Origin: a virus
Lineage: Duplodnaviria; Caudoviricetes
Strand: one strand, 5' to 3'
Virus record (IMG/VR): IMGVR_UViG_3300026229_000023
Coordinates: 1-51,220 of that record
DNA: 51,220 nt
The translations under genes were made by a program, and so were the position numbers. Each line of letters opens with the position of its first letter. The first letter of the stretch is position 1. Positions 37,238-45,196 of this stretch are shown in pieces. Below the pieces are notes generated by a model that did not search any database, had not been told where the DNA came from, and saw nothing but the letters and a program-made list of their open reading frames with translations.

Positions 37238-37858
37238 TCACGCCACCCTCCTGTTCCGCCCTGCCATTTCCCAGAACTCGGCGCGCACGTCGTCGAGCAT
37301 CACCTGGGTGTAGTGGTTGCCGATGTACTCGGTCAGGCCGTCGAACAGCTCCTGGAACCGGGCCTGTTCCATCTCGTCGAATGACAGGCTTTCGGCGCGC
37401 TTGACCGGGATGGTGCGGATCTCCGGCAGCACACCGGCCAGCACCTTGCGGGCTCCCGCACCCAGCAGCGCCTCGCAGGCGTCCAGCACCGCAGCAATGA
37501 CCGGCGTGGCGTCCATTTCCACCGTCTCGCAGCACACGCCGGCGTCCAGCTGCAGGCGCTTGATCGCATCGTGCGCGTCCAGCTGCTCCCAGCCTTCGAC
37601 GTTGTCGACCATCAGATGCCCGATCTTGTGGATCAGGCGGTGCTGCCATTCCTCGCGCGGCTGCTTCAGCTCGCCGCGGATCTCCCGGCCCACGCGGAAC
37701 TTGCGATCGCGCAGCAGACGCTGGTCGACGGCATTGGCCGGCAGCAGGGCGCCCACCAGCTCGCCGGTGTTGGGGTCGATCAGCTTGGCCACCACCAGAT
37801 AGATAGGCCTGCGCGCACGCTTGGCGCGAATCTTCTTCGCTGCAGCGGTCAGGGTCAT
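37238..37858 (-). CDS. Hypothetical nin-region protein
   Basis: Coupled to helicase stop; ESLSFDEMEQARFQELF motif resembles DUF1367-type proteins. Confidence 0.65.
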   Translation of the reverse strand: MTLTAAAKKIRAKRARRPIYLVVAKLIDPNTGELVGALLPANAVDQRLLRDRKFRVGREIRGELKQPREEWQHRLIHKIGHLMVDNVEGWEQLDAHDAIKRLQLDAGVCCETVEMDATPVIAAVLDACEALLGAGARKVLAGVLPEIRTIPVKRAESLSFDEMEQARFQELFDGLTEYIGNHYTQVMLDDVRAEFWEMAGRNRRVA

Positions 37859-39291
37859 TCGTCGTCTCCTTGGCTGCGGCGGCGACTGCCGAGGCGCTGC
37901 GCCAACTGCCTCTGCGGCTTTGCCGGTTGCGGGGTCTGCTCGAACTCGAACGCAGGCCCATCCCAATCGACTGCGCGCTGGAATTGGTACTCGTTGCGTA
38001 GCGAAACGACGGTGCCGGTCTGGATGTTCCGGCCCTTGCCCACGATCACCTCGACCAATCCCGGCCGGTCGGTTGGGTTGTAGACGTCGGGGCGGTGGAC
38101 GAACAGGATCACGTCGGCCACTTCTTCGATGCCGCCCGACCCACGGATGTCGGTCACCTTCGGGCGTTCGCCCTTCGCGCCCGCTCGATTGAGCTGCGCC
38201 AGCACCAGCACCGGGCACTTCAGGAACTTGGCCAGGCCTTTGATGTCTCGCAGCGCCTGCCCGCGCTCCAGCGCCTCGTCCTGCTTTCCCGGCAGCGACA
38301 TTTCGTGCAGGTGATCGATCACGACCAGGCGAAGCGGCTTGCGTGCATGGGCACGTTTCGCGCGCGCGACGATCTGCGGCGCAGACAGCTGCGGGTCGTC
38401 GTCCAGGAAGATCGAGGCCCCCATCATGCTGCGGATCGCCTCGGTACTCCGCGACCAGTAGAGGTCGGCGTCTTCCGCAGTGGCGCCCTCGTCCTGACCG
38501 ATGATCCACTGCAGCGGCACTTCTCCCAGCGCAGCCACGTCGCGTGCTGCCACGTCCGTGTCGACCATTTCCATGGAGAACACCGCAACCGGATCACCCC
38601 GCAAGCCGGTGAAGCGCGCCTGCTGGAACGCCAGCAGCGACTTACCGATGTTCGAACGCGCGGCCAGCACGATCACCTGGCCGTCCAGCAGTCCACCGAT
38701 GGCCTTGTTCACGTCAGCCCATGGCGTCGGCATGCCGACACGACGGCCATGCTGGTGCCGCTCAGCCATCTGCGTGGCGAATCGGTTCATCACCTCGCGG
38801 TACGGCCGTAGGCCAGTCGCCCGAACGGGAGCGATCGCGCCCAACCGCGTGGCCAGGTGCGCGGCCAGTTGTTCCGCAGAATGGCCGCGGCGCCCTTGGG
38901 CCGCTGCGAGCGCCTTCTGACAGGTGTCGATGAACTGCCGCATGTGCGAGTGTTCGACGATCACCTCGGCGTAGGACACGACGTTCGACGCGGTGTAAGC
39001 GGTCGATGCCAGTTCCATCGCCATTGCCGCGAGTTGGTCGCCGTCGTCGTCGCCCTGTGCCAGCAACCACTCGCCTACGGTGACGCCGTCCGCAGGCTTG
39101 TTCGCGCCGGCCAGCTCCACGATGGCGGCATAGATGGCGCGATTGTCCGGGGAGTAGAAGTCGTCCACACCGAGCCAATCCTGGACGTTGGCCAGCTCAG
39201 CGTTGTGCAGCATCAAGCCCGCCAGCACCGCCGTTTCGGCGTCGAGGTTGAAGGGGCCGCGCATGGGCTCTTGTTCGCGGAGTGCGTTCAT
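37855..39291 (-). CDS. Replicative DNA helicase (DnaB-like)
   Basis: AETAVLAGLM...DFY; AARSNIGKS; FSMEM; VVIDHL; LAQLNR; DIRGSGGIEEVADVILFVHR. Confidence 0.9.
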   Translation of the reverse strand: MNALREQEPMRGPFNLDAETAVLAGLMLHNAELANVQDWLGVDDFYSPDNRAIYAAIVELAGANKPADGVTVGEWLLAQGDDDGDQLAAMAMELASTAYTASNVVSYAEVIVEHSHMRQFIDTCQKALAAAQGRRGHSAEQLAAHLATRLGAIAPVRATGLRPYREVMNRFATQMAERHQHGRRVGMPTPWADVNKAIGGLLDGQVIVLAARSNIGKSLLAFQQARFTGLRGDPVAVFSMEMVDTDVAARDVAALGEVPLQWIIGQDEGATAEDADLYWSRSTEAIRSMMGASIFLDDDPQLSAPQIVARAKRAHARKPLRLVVIDHLHEMSLPGKQDEALERGQALRDIKGLAKFLKCPVLVLAQLNRAGAKGERPKVTDIRGSGGIEEVADVILFVHRPDVYNPTDRPGLVEVIVGKGRNIQTGTVVSLRNEYQFQRAVDWDGPAFEFEQTPQPAKPQRQLAQRLGSRRRSQGDDE

Positions 39292-40265
39292 CGGCGCAGG
39301 TCCACGTAGTTGCCTTCGATGACTTTGGCGAAGTTCTTCGGGCTGACCAGCCATTCCAGCGTGCAGGTGAAGGCCCGGCCATCACGGCCAGTTCGTTCGC
39401 CCATCAGGAACGGCATGCCGCGCACCGACTCGAAGAAGCTGCGCCACCAGTCCAGGTTCTGCCGCGCCTTGTCGCCCTTCCAGCGGGCCGCCAGCTTTCG
39501 CTCGCGCTCGCCCTCCCACACACGAACCTCGGTCAGTTCCGGGAGGATGTCGTGGTACAGGTCGATGATCTTCAGGTGCGGGCATGGCGGCGTGCCGACC
39601 TTCTTCGGCACCTTGCCCAGCAGGTCCTCGCCCTCCCCTGCATCGCTGCCCTCTTCGCCATCGGCGTCAGCAGCGGCATCGCCGCCGGCTGTCGGCAAAG
39701 CCACGTCAGTGGCTTCATCTTCTTCCTGTTCCTGTTCCTGCTCCTGCTCCTGCTCCTGATTAGGCATAGTCTTCGGCAAAGCCTTCGGGGAAGCCTTACC
39801 GAAAGCCCTGTCGAATGCCTTTGCGAAAGCCTCTCCAAGCCCGTAAACAAAGGCTCTCAGCACTTCGAGTGCTTCCCATTTCAAGGCGCATTCGGGGATC
39901 AGATCGAACTCTGCGGCCCAGCTCAGCACCACGTTGGGCGACTCGGGCCGGTTGTGGTTGATAGCCTTCGGCACCCACACGACGCGGGCTTTGAAGTCGG
40001 CTTTAACCATGCCTTCGCGGAAGGCTTCCCCAAAGGCTTTATCGAAGTCTTCCACTTCCCAATCCAGTTCCTCGGCCATCGCCGCACGACCAGCACGGAA
40101 CAGCCCGGGGATCGGCCCGGTGTGTGGGCCGGTGATCAGGAACAGCCACAGGCCTTGGCCGCAAGGCGGGATGGGCGTCAGGCGGCGGAACTTCTCGTCG
40201 CCCCACGTGCGCACCTCGACCTTGCGATAACGGCCCTTGGCTTGGCGAACGTCTGCCTCAGCCAT
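39288..40265 (-). CDS. Phage replication initiator protein
   Basis: YRKV...WGDEKF...LWLFLIT N-domain, (QE)n linker, C-terminal LEWLV..KNFAKVIEGNY; upstream of helicase. Confidence 0.75.
   Translation of the reverse strand: MAEADVRQAKGRYRKVEVRTWGDEKFRRLTPIPPCGQGLWLFLITGPHTGPIPGLFRAGRAAMAEELDWEVEDFDKAFGEAFREGMVKADFKARVVWVPKAINHNRPESPNVVLSWAAEFDLIPECALKWEALEVLRAFVYGLGEAFAKAFDRAFGKASPKALPKTMPNQEQEQEQEQEQEEDEATDVALPTAGGDAAADADGEEGSDAGEGEDLLGKVPKKVGTPPCPHLKIIDLYHDILPELTEVRVWEGERERKLAARWKGDKARQNLDWWRSFFESVRGMPFLMGERTGRDGRAFTCTLEWLVSPKNFAKVIEGNYVDLRR
39769..39840. repeat. Six degenerate 12-bp tandem repeats inside the initiator gene (candidate origin iterons)
   Basis: GTCTTCGGCAAA GCCTTCGGGGAA GCCTTACCGAAA GCCCTGTCGAAT GCCTTTGCGAAA GCCTCTCCAAGC; related set at 40011-40058. 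Confidence 0.6.
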
Positions 40266-40473
40266 GGCACCGGCCCTCCTGCATGCCCATGCGCTGCTCC
40301 ATGGCACGCACCTGTTCCGGGGAACGGGCCAGAACCGACGCGCGCAGCTCGCTCCACAGGCGCCGCAGCGCCGAACGGTCGCCACAGGAGCGGGCGACCC
40401 TCATAGCAGCCGCCAGCTCGCGGATGCGACGCTCGCGCCGCTCGTCGGCCAAGTTGATCGAGTTGGCGTTCAT
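40258..40473 (-). CDS. Small hypothetical protein
   Basis: Overlaps neighbours in the PR operon; SINLADERRERR...RSPEQV. Confidence 0.55.
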   Translation of the reverse strand: MNANSINLADERRERRIRELAAAMRVARSCGDRSALRRLWSELRASVLARSPEQVRAMEQRMGMQEGRCHG

Positions 40474-40835
40474 GGCCACTTAGCTCCCAGGCTCTTGGCC
40501 AGCGGCTCCATCAGCGCGGCCAGCTTCGAGAACTGGGCCAGCGCCTCGGCGTGCTGTGCTTCGGGGGAGATCAGGTAGCGCTCGATCAGGTAGTGGATCG
40601 GCGTGACATCCTTCGTCTCGGCTATGTAGCGCTCCAGGTCGTCAATCGACAGGCCGCGCGGCTTGCCGCTGCTGTCGCAGCCGGCCAACTTCTCGCTCAG
40701 CTTCGACGGGGCCATGTCGAGCTGACCGGCAATCGCCGTCACACCCGCGCCGGCGTACACCTGGGCCGCGATGTGCTCACGCAACGACCTGTTGCGCGCG
40801 ATGCCGTCGTCGTAGGTAATTGTTAGGCTTTTCAT
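40470..40835 (-). CDS. CII-like transcriptional regulator
   Basis: HTH VTAIAGQLDMAPSKLSEKL; position between cro and replication genes. Confidence 0.6.
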   Translation of the reverse strand: MKSLTITYDDGIARNRSLREHIAAQVYAGAGVTAIAGQLDMAPSKLSEKLAGCDSSGKPRGLSIDDLERYIAETKDVTPIHYLIERYLISPEAQHAEALAQFSKLAALMEPLAKSLGAKWP

Positions 40836-40873
40836 GCAGTTATCCCGTGGGTGGGAATGCCGGGGTCAACGTT

Positions 40874-40906
40874 TTCCCCTGCGTTCCCCTGACTGGTTCT
40901 GAAAAT
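40874..40906 (+). promoter_or_regulatory. PRE-like CII-activated promoter
   Basis: TTCC-N6-TTCC-N13-GAAAAT, same spacing as lambda PRE (TTGC-N6-TTGC-N13-AAGTAT). Confidence 0.5.
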
Positions 40907-40936
40907 GGCCGCATCCCCAAATCGGAGTGCAGCCCT

Positions 40937-41125
40937 GTGGCGAAAACGAATCAGCTGGCCGGAGCCAACGTCCTGACGCTCATGCGAATGGGTGGGAAGT
41001 GGTTCGTGTTGAAGCGGGTCGGCGAGCGGGTCGACGTGCGGCCGGTTGGCCAGGTGGTGCGGCAGCGGCGGCGCCGGAAGGTGCACGGGGTGGTGATCCC
41101 CTTCCCTGCCCGGGCCGGCCTGTGA
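40937..41125 (+). CDS. Small basic hypothetical protein
   Basis: GGAG RBS then GTG; MAKTNQLAG...RRRRKVHGVVIPFPARAGL. Confidence 0.45.
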   Translation: MAKTNQLAGANVLTLMRMGGKWFVLKRVGERVDVRPVGQVVRQRRRRKVHGVVIPFPARAGL

Positions 41126-41197
41126 CCGGCGGGATAGGCGCCCGTCTGCCGGTAGAGTTGGCGGTGCGACCCAACCCAACTACCACCGGAGACAGGC

Positions 41198-41443
41198 ATG
41201 GACGACTTGGAGTACACGACGCGGCTGGGCGGATACATCGCCGCCCACCAGTTACTGATCGTGGACCTGTACAAAAAACTCGACCTCGGACCAGGGCACA
41301 TAGACGCGCTCACCGATCGTTACCGGACGCTGGTGGCGGCGAAGGACGCCTTGGCTGGCCACACATCGGACATGCACTGGGCTGGATTCCAAGCCGCGAT
41401 GGACGAGGTGCGGAAGGCCCTCGCCCAGAAACAGCCGGGATAG
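41198..41443 (+). CDS. Small hypothetical protein
   Basis: GGAGA RBS; protein-like helical composition. Confidence 0.55.
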   Translation: MDDLEYTTRLGGYIAAHQLLIVDLYKKLDLGPGHIDALTDRYRTLVAAKDALAGHTSDMHWAGFQAAMDEVRKALAQKQPG

Positions 41444-41514
41444 CCAGGCGCACGAACAGGTCGGCCACCACCACGGCAGCGAACAGCCGCAGGTTGTGGT
41501 TCGGCATGTCCATA

Positions 41515-41748
41515 TCAGGCGGCGGCCTCGGCTTCCGGGGTCTGCCAGAGATCGGGCCGGAGGGAGTGGCGCTTCACCTCTCCCCCCGTCGCCTTCTCGA
41601 TCTCCACGACCCGTTCGGCCGGGATCGTTGCGCCCTTCTCCCACTGGGAGACGAGGCCCTGCGTAGCCGGCGAGCCCGATGCGGTCAGCAGATCGGCGAA
41701 CGCCGACTGCGACAGCCCCTTTTCTTTGCGGTAGGTGGCGATATCCAT
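41515..41748 (-). CDS. cro: Cro-like HTH repressor
   Basis: YRKEKGLSQSAFADLL...TQGLVSQWE...IEKATGGEV..HSLRPD; divergent from cI; alternative start 41757. Confidence 0.85.
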   Translation of the reverse strand: MDIATYRKEKGLSQSAFADLLTASGSPATQGLVSQWEKGATIPAERVVEIEKATGGEVKRHSLRPDLWQTPEAEAAA

Positions 41749-41756
41749 GGGCGGCA

Positions 41757-41833
41757 TTATTAGCGCCCCTGATGTGAAAGATCAATAGCGCCCCTCATGG
41801 CTTCCTGAACCCGCTCCAATTAGCGTTCCTGAT
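41757..41833. promoter_or_regulatory. OR region: three operators (41759-41773, 41784-41798, 41819-41833) and PR
   Basis: ATTAGCGCCCCTGAT, AATAGCGCCCCTCAT, ATTAGCGTTCCTGAT fit ATTAG-N5-CTAAT; TTGATC-N17-TAATAA on -. Confidence 0.8.
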
Positions 41834-42559
41834 ATGGAAAACAGCCGTAAATCGAAGCCCACACCGGCGGATGTCGCCGCCGCCGCGAAGCTCAAACTGG
41901 AGTGGCAGGCGCGCGCGCGTTCCCTTGGGTTGACCCAGGACCAAGTCGCTGACGAACTGGGCATCACACAGGGAGCCGTGAGCCAGTACCTCAACGGCAA
42001 GATCCCGATGAACTATCGGACGCTGGTGGTCTTCTGCCGCTTGCTGGGCATCAATGACACCGATGTGCGCCGCGACCTACCGGAGCAGCAGCTTCTCGGA
42101 CCGCCTACCGATAGCGGCGACTGGGCAGACATCAAGGGCTACGCACAGGCGATAGGCCTTGGTGGCGGACCGGAGGCGCAGGAGTACGCCGAGACGCACC
42201 GGCTGAAGTTCAGGGCAGAGTCGCTGGCACGCAAACGGCTCCGGCCTGAAGCGTTGGCGGTGATGTACGGCCGCGGCGATAGCATGGAGCCGCGAATCCA
42301 CAGCGGCGATGCGGTGCTGTTCGACATGACAGACACCAGACCCCGCGACGGCCACCTCTACGTAGTGATGGTCGATGGCGGCGGCATGGCCAAGGAATAC
42401 CAGGTCAAGCGCTGTGAGGTGATCGACGATCTGGTGTTCTTCAAGGCCGACAATCCGCGCGGCGATCATAACTGGCGCAAGCCAAAGCGCATGGACAGCC
42501 CGCGCCATCCAATAGAGGTGATCGGACGGGTTCGCTGGATTGGAAGCTGGGAAAACTGA
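41834..42559 (+). CDS. cI: CI-like repressor (HTH plus S24 peptidase)
   Basis: LTQDQVADELGITQGAVSQYLNG HTH; GDSMEP (Ser) and VKR (Lys). Confidence 0.92.
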   Translation: MENSRKSKPTPADVAAAAKLKLEWQARARSLGLTQDQVADELGITQGAVSQYLNGKIPMNYRTLVVFCRLLGINDTDVRRDLPEQQLLGPPTDSGDWADIKGYAQAIGLGGGPEAQEYAETHRLKFRAESLARKRLRPEALAVMYGRGDSMEPRIHSGDAVLFDMTDTRPRDGHLYVVMVDGGGMAKEYQVKRCEVIDDLVFFKADNPRGDHNWRKPKRMDSPRHPIEVIGRVRWIGSWEN

Positions 42560-42565
42560 GCCGAG

Positions 42566-42955
42566 GTGGGTATGGACGTCACGATCAAGGTGATTCTTGG
42601 GATCCTGAGCATGCTCCCGGTGCTCACCACCATTCACTTTCTTCTGGCGAGCCATTTCGCGCCACGCTGGCTCTACCTGTTCACCGAATCCGCAGATGAC
42701 CAGGATGGCAGCCGAGTGAGGGCTCGCGCCGCTTGGGTATACATGCTCGCCACCATGCTTGGATTCGGAGTTCTCATCTACGGCGGAACGTTGAACGTCC
42801 TCTGGTGGATGCCTGGCGACTGGATCTCTGTCGATGAGGACGGCTACGCCACTCACATTCGCCACATCATTGCTGCGGCTCTCGCGTTCTGGCTCGGGAT
42901 CTACATCCCGACAATGATCATGCGATCGGTCGGAGCCAAGGCCAGCCATCGGTAG
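42566..42955 (+). CDS. Three-TM membrane protein co-transcribed with cI
   Basis: Starts 6-12 nt after cI stop; three hydrophobic segments. Confidence 0.65.
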   Translation: MGMDVTIKVILGILSMLPVLTTIHFLLASHFAPRWLYLFTESADDQDGSRVRARAAWVYMLATMLGFGVLIYGGTLNVLWWMPGDWISVDEDGYATHIRHIIAAALAFWLGIYIPTMIMRSVGAKASHR

Positions 42956-42993
42956 TCCAACCTTTACCTACCTTCTGGGTCTCGGTGAGAAAT

Positions 42994-43035
42994 ATAAGCG
43001 CCCCTATTGACATAGAAGATTAGCGCCCCTAATCT
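42994..43035 (+). promoter_or_regulatory. PL promoter with two operators (42994-43008, 43019-43033)
   Basis: TTGACA(43007)-N17-TAATCT; ATAAGCGCCCCTATT and perfect ATTAGCGCCCCTAAT. Confidence 0.85.
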
Positions 43036-43075
43036 CACCCCGTCGGCCCACCCGGGCCATATGACGGGGTTCACC

Positions 43076-43399
43076 ATGGCAGTCCGCACCGCAAACGACC
43101 TGGCCCGCGCCACTCAGCGCAGCCATGACGGCCTCGCACCGGCCGAACCGAACGACGATGCCTTCCAGTTCGCCTGCGACCACGTGGCGGCGGAGCTGGA
43201 GCGCGAGGGCGACGTTGCCCCGCTGGTCGAGAAGCTGAGCCAGGCTCGGCACGTGATGACCCACCTCCTTTCGCAGGAGGTCCCGGCCCACCTGTTGCCC
43301 TACTTCCGCGAGCTGGCTGACCTGGTCCGCGACATGTCCTGCCGCGTGGACGCCTCGATGAAGGATTTCGAGGCCGGGCACCTGGAGGACGCCGCATGA
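43076..43399 (+). CDS. Hypothetical early protein
   Basis: First ORF after PL; GGGG RBS; alternative ATG 43061. Confidence 0.6.
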   Translation: MAVRTANDLARATQRSHDGLAPAEPNDDAFQFACDHVAAELEREGDVAPLVEKLSQARHVMTHLLSQEVPAHLLPYFRELADLVRDMSCRVDASMKDFEAGHLEDAA

Positions 43400-43512
43400 C
43401 CGCCGCCGAACGCGATCAGCGCCACCACGTGGTGGCCACCGTCGTAGCGAATGCCCTGTCGTTCTGCCTGGGCGTGCTGGCCACCGTACTGCTGCAGGCG
43501 GTGCTGTCGTGA
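43396..43512 (+). CDS. 38-aa hydrophobic peptide
   Basis: GGAGG RBS, ATGA and GTGA overlaps; MTAAERDQRHHVVATVVANALSFCLGVLATVLLQAVLS; below ORF-track cutoff. Confidence 0.6.
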   Translation: MTAAERDQRHHVVATVVANALSFCLGVLATVLLQAVLS

Positions 43513-43874
43513 GCCGCGGCGTGGATGTTCTGGCCGTGCTGGACCGCCAGATGCGGGACCGGGCGGACCGCGCCGCACGCTACGGCAAGCAGGCCGACAA
43601 GGCGGCGGCCAAGCACGGCGGTAGGCAGATCACCGCGGACCGCATGGCCGAACACGCACGGATCCTGCTCGCCGAACTGCGCTCAATGCGCGCGCCGCTG
43701 ATCGAATTGCGCTCCACCGCCCGCGCCTCCCTCGAAGCCCGCGACCTGGCCGACCAGATGGTCGCCGACGAACGGCTGACGCGCGCTCTGGCCGCGTGCC
43801 AACCCACCGACACCGATCACAACCGCGAGGACGTGGACGGCCTCTGCGTGGAGGAATCTGACAATGGCGTTTAA
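43509..43874 (+). CDS. Hypothetical protein
   Basis: Translationally coupled ORF in PL operon. Confidence 0.6.
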   Translation: MSRGVDVLAVLDRQMRDRADRAARYGKQADKAAAKHGGRQITADRMAEHARILLAELRSMRAPLIELRSTARASLEARDLADQMVADERLTRALAACQPTDTDHNREDVDGLCVEESDNGV

Positions 43875-44418
43875 CGTTGAGAAGGACTGGACCACCGAGG
43901 CCGGATTGCGCGCGGTGGTGATCATGACCGATCGCGGCCATCGCTGCGGCTACGTCGCGCTTCCCAAGGAACACCGACTCTACGGCATCGATTACAGCAG
44001 CTTCGATTTCGAGATCGAAGTGCATGGCGGCATCACCTTCACCGGCGGTGATGAGGAATATCCGGTCCAACACGACGGGATGTGGTGGGTTGGTTACGAC
44101 TGTGCTCATGCCTGGGACCGTCCAAGCGACGAACACCTTGAACAGCAGCGCCTGAAGTACCCCGACAAGCCATACATGTGGGACGACCGCGCTGACGGCA
44201 TCCACCGCGAACTGCCCTACTGCGAACGCGAGTGCGAGCAGCTGGCAACCCAGCTGGCCAACGCCCCGCAGCCACCGTCTTCCAAGGTTCTTGCGGCTCT
44301 TGAACACGCACGCGAGTGGATCGTTGAGGCGGGCGAACGTAAGCGCATTCCCAACGATGGAACCCTGGCGAGGATCGACGAAGCGATCGCCATCGCCAAG
44401 GCCATGGGGAGCGCCTGA
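43864..44418 (+). CDS. Conserved phage protein of unknown function
   Basis: GHRCGYV, EVHGGITF, WWVGYDCAH motifs; GGAGG RBS. Confidence 0.7.
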   Translation: MAFNVEKDWTTEAGLRAVVIMTDRGHRCGYVALPKEHRLYGIDYSSFDFEIEVHGGITFTGGDEEYPVQHDGMWWVGYDCAHAWDRPSDEHLEQQRLKYPDKPYMWDDRADGIHRELPYCERECEQLATQLANAPQPPSSKVLAALEHAREWIVEAGERKRIPNDGTLARIDEAIAIAKAMGSA

Positions 44419-44537
44419 TGCGCTTTCTGACCGCTCTCGGCTGCCGCAGCTGGCGCGACTTCGCCGCCTGCCTCGCCTGCTACGCCATCACCGCCGCGCT
44501 CGCAGCCGCCATGTGCTGGCCGCTGGCCTGGTCCTGA
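44418..44537 (+). CDS. 39-aa hydrophobic Cys-containing peptide
   Basis: TGATG overlap, GGGAG RBS; MRFLTALGCRSWRDFAACLACYAITAALAAAMCWPLAWS. Confidence 0.5.
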   Translation: MRFLTALGCRSWRDFAACLACYAITAALAAAMCWPLAWS

Positions 44538-44578
44538 CTTCCCGCCGGCGTGGCCGGCTCCTACGAGAGGCACCACCG

Positions 44579-45106
44579 ATGTTCCAACTCGATCAACACG
44601 ATGCGGTGTTCTCGCATCTGAACCTGCGCAAGGAAAAGCACGGCGACGAAGACGCGGCCGCTGCGGACCTGAAGTTCACCCTGACCGCCCAGAACACCAT
44701 CCTTGACACCATCGATCCCAACATCGTGCGGGCGTTCTGGAAGAAGGCCGAGAAGGGCCAGCAGCAGTCGCTGCCGATGGAAGGCAGCACGGACTTGGTG
44801 GCGCTGAACCTGCCGCTGCTGGGCGAGCAGGACATCACCGGCAAGTTCGAAGGCTACGAGCTGAACATCGGCTCCCTGATGGACCACATCGAGGCGGTGT
44901 TCTTCGCCGACGCCAAGGTGAAAAAGATCACTTGGAAGCCGCTCGAAGGCGGCAGCGTGGCCATGAGCTTCACCTGCTCGGTGCTGCTGGACGAAGACGA
45001 AGCGGCCGAGCTGCTGTCGGCTTGGATCCGCGGCGAAGTCCGCCTGACCCTCACGCCGCCCAGCGCGCCCGCGCAGCAACAGGACCTGACCGAGCAGGCC
45101 GCGTAA
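44579..45106 (+). CDS. Conserved hypothetical phage protein
   Basis: GAGG RBS; NLRKEKHGDE...ADL...PLEGGSV motif. Confidence 0.7.
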   Translation: MFQLDQHDAVFSHLNLRKEKHGDEDAAAADLKFTLTAQNTILDTIDPNIVRAFWKKAEKGQQQSLPMEGSTDLVALNLPLLGEQDITGKFEGYELNIGSLMDHIEAVFFADAKVKKITWKPLEGGSVAMSFTCSVLLDEDEAAELLSAWIRGEVRLTLTPPSAPAQQQDLTEQAA

Positions 45107-45196
45107 CGCATTCCCCCGCCCGCCCCCTGCGGGTGCCTGCGCCGGCCAGGCCTTCCACAAAGCCGGCACCTATTCCCACCCGACAAAGGAACTGCC

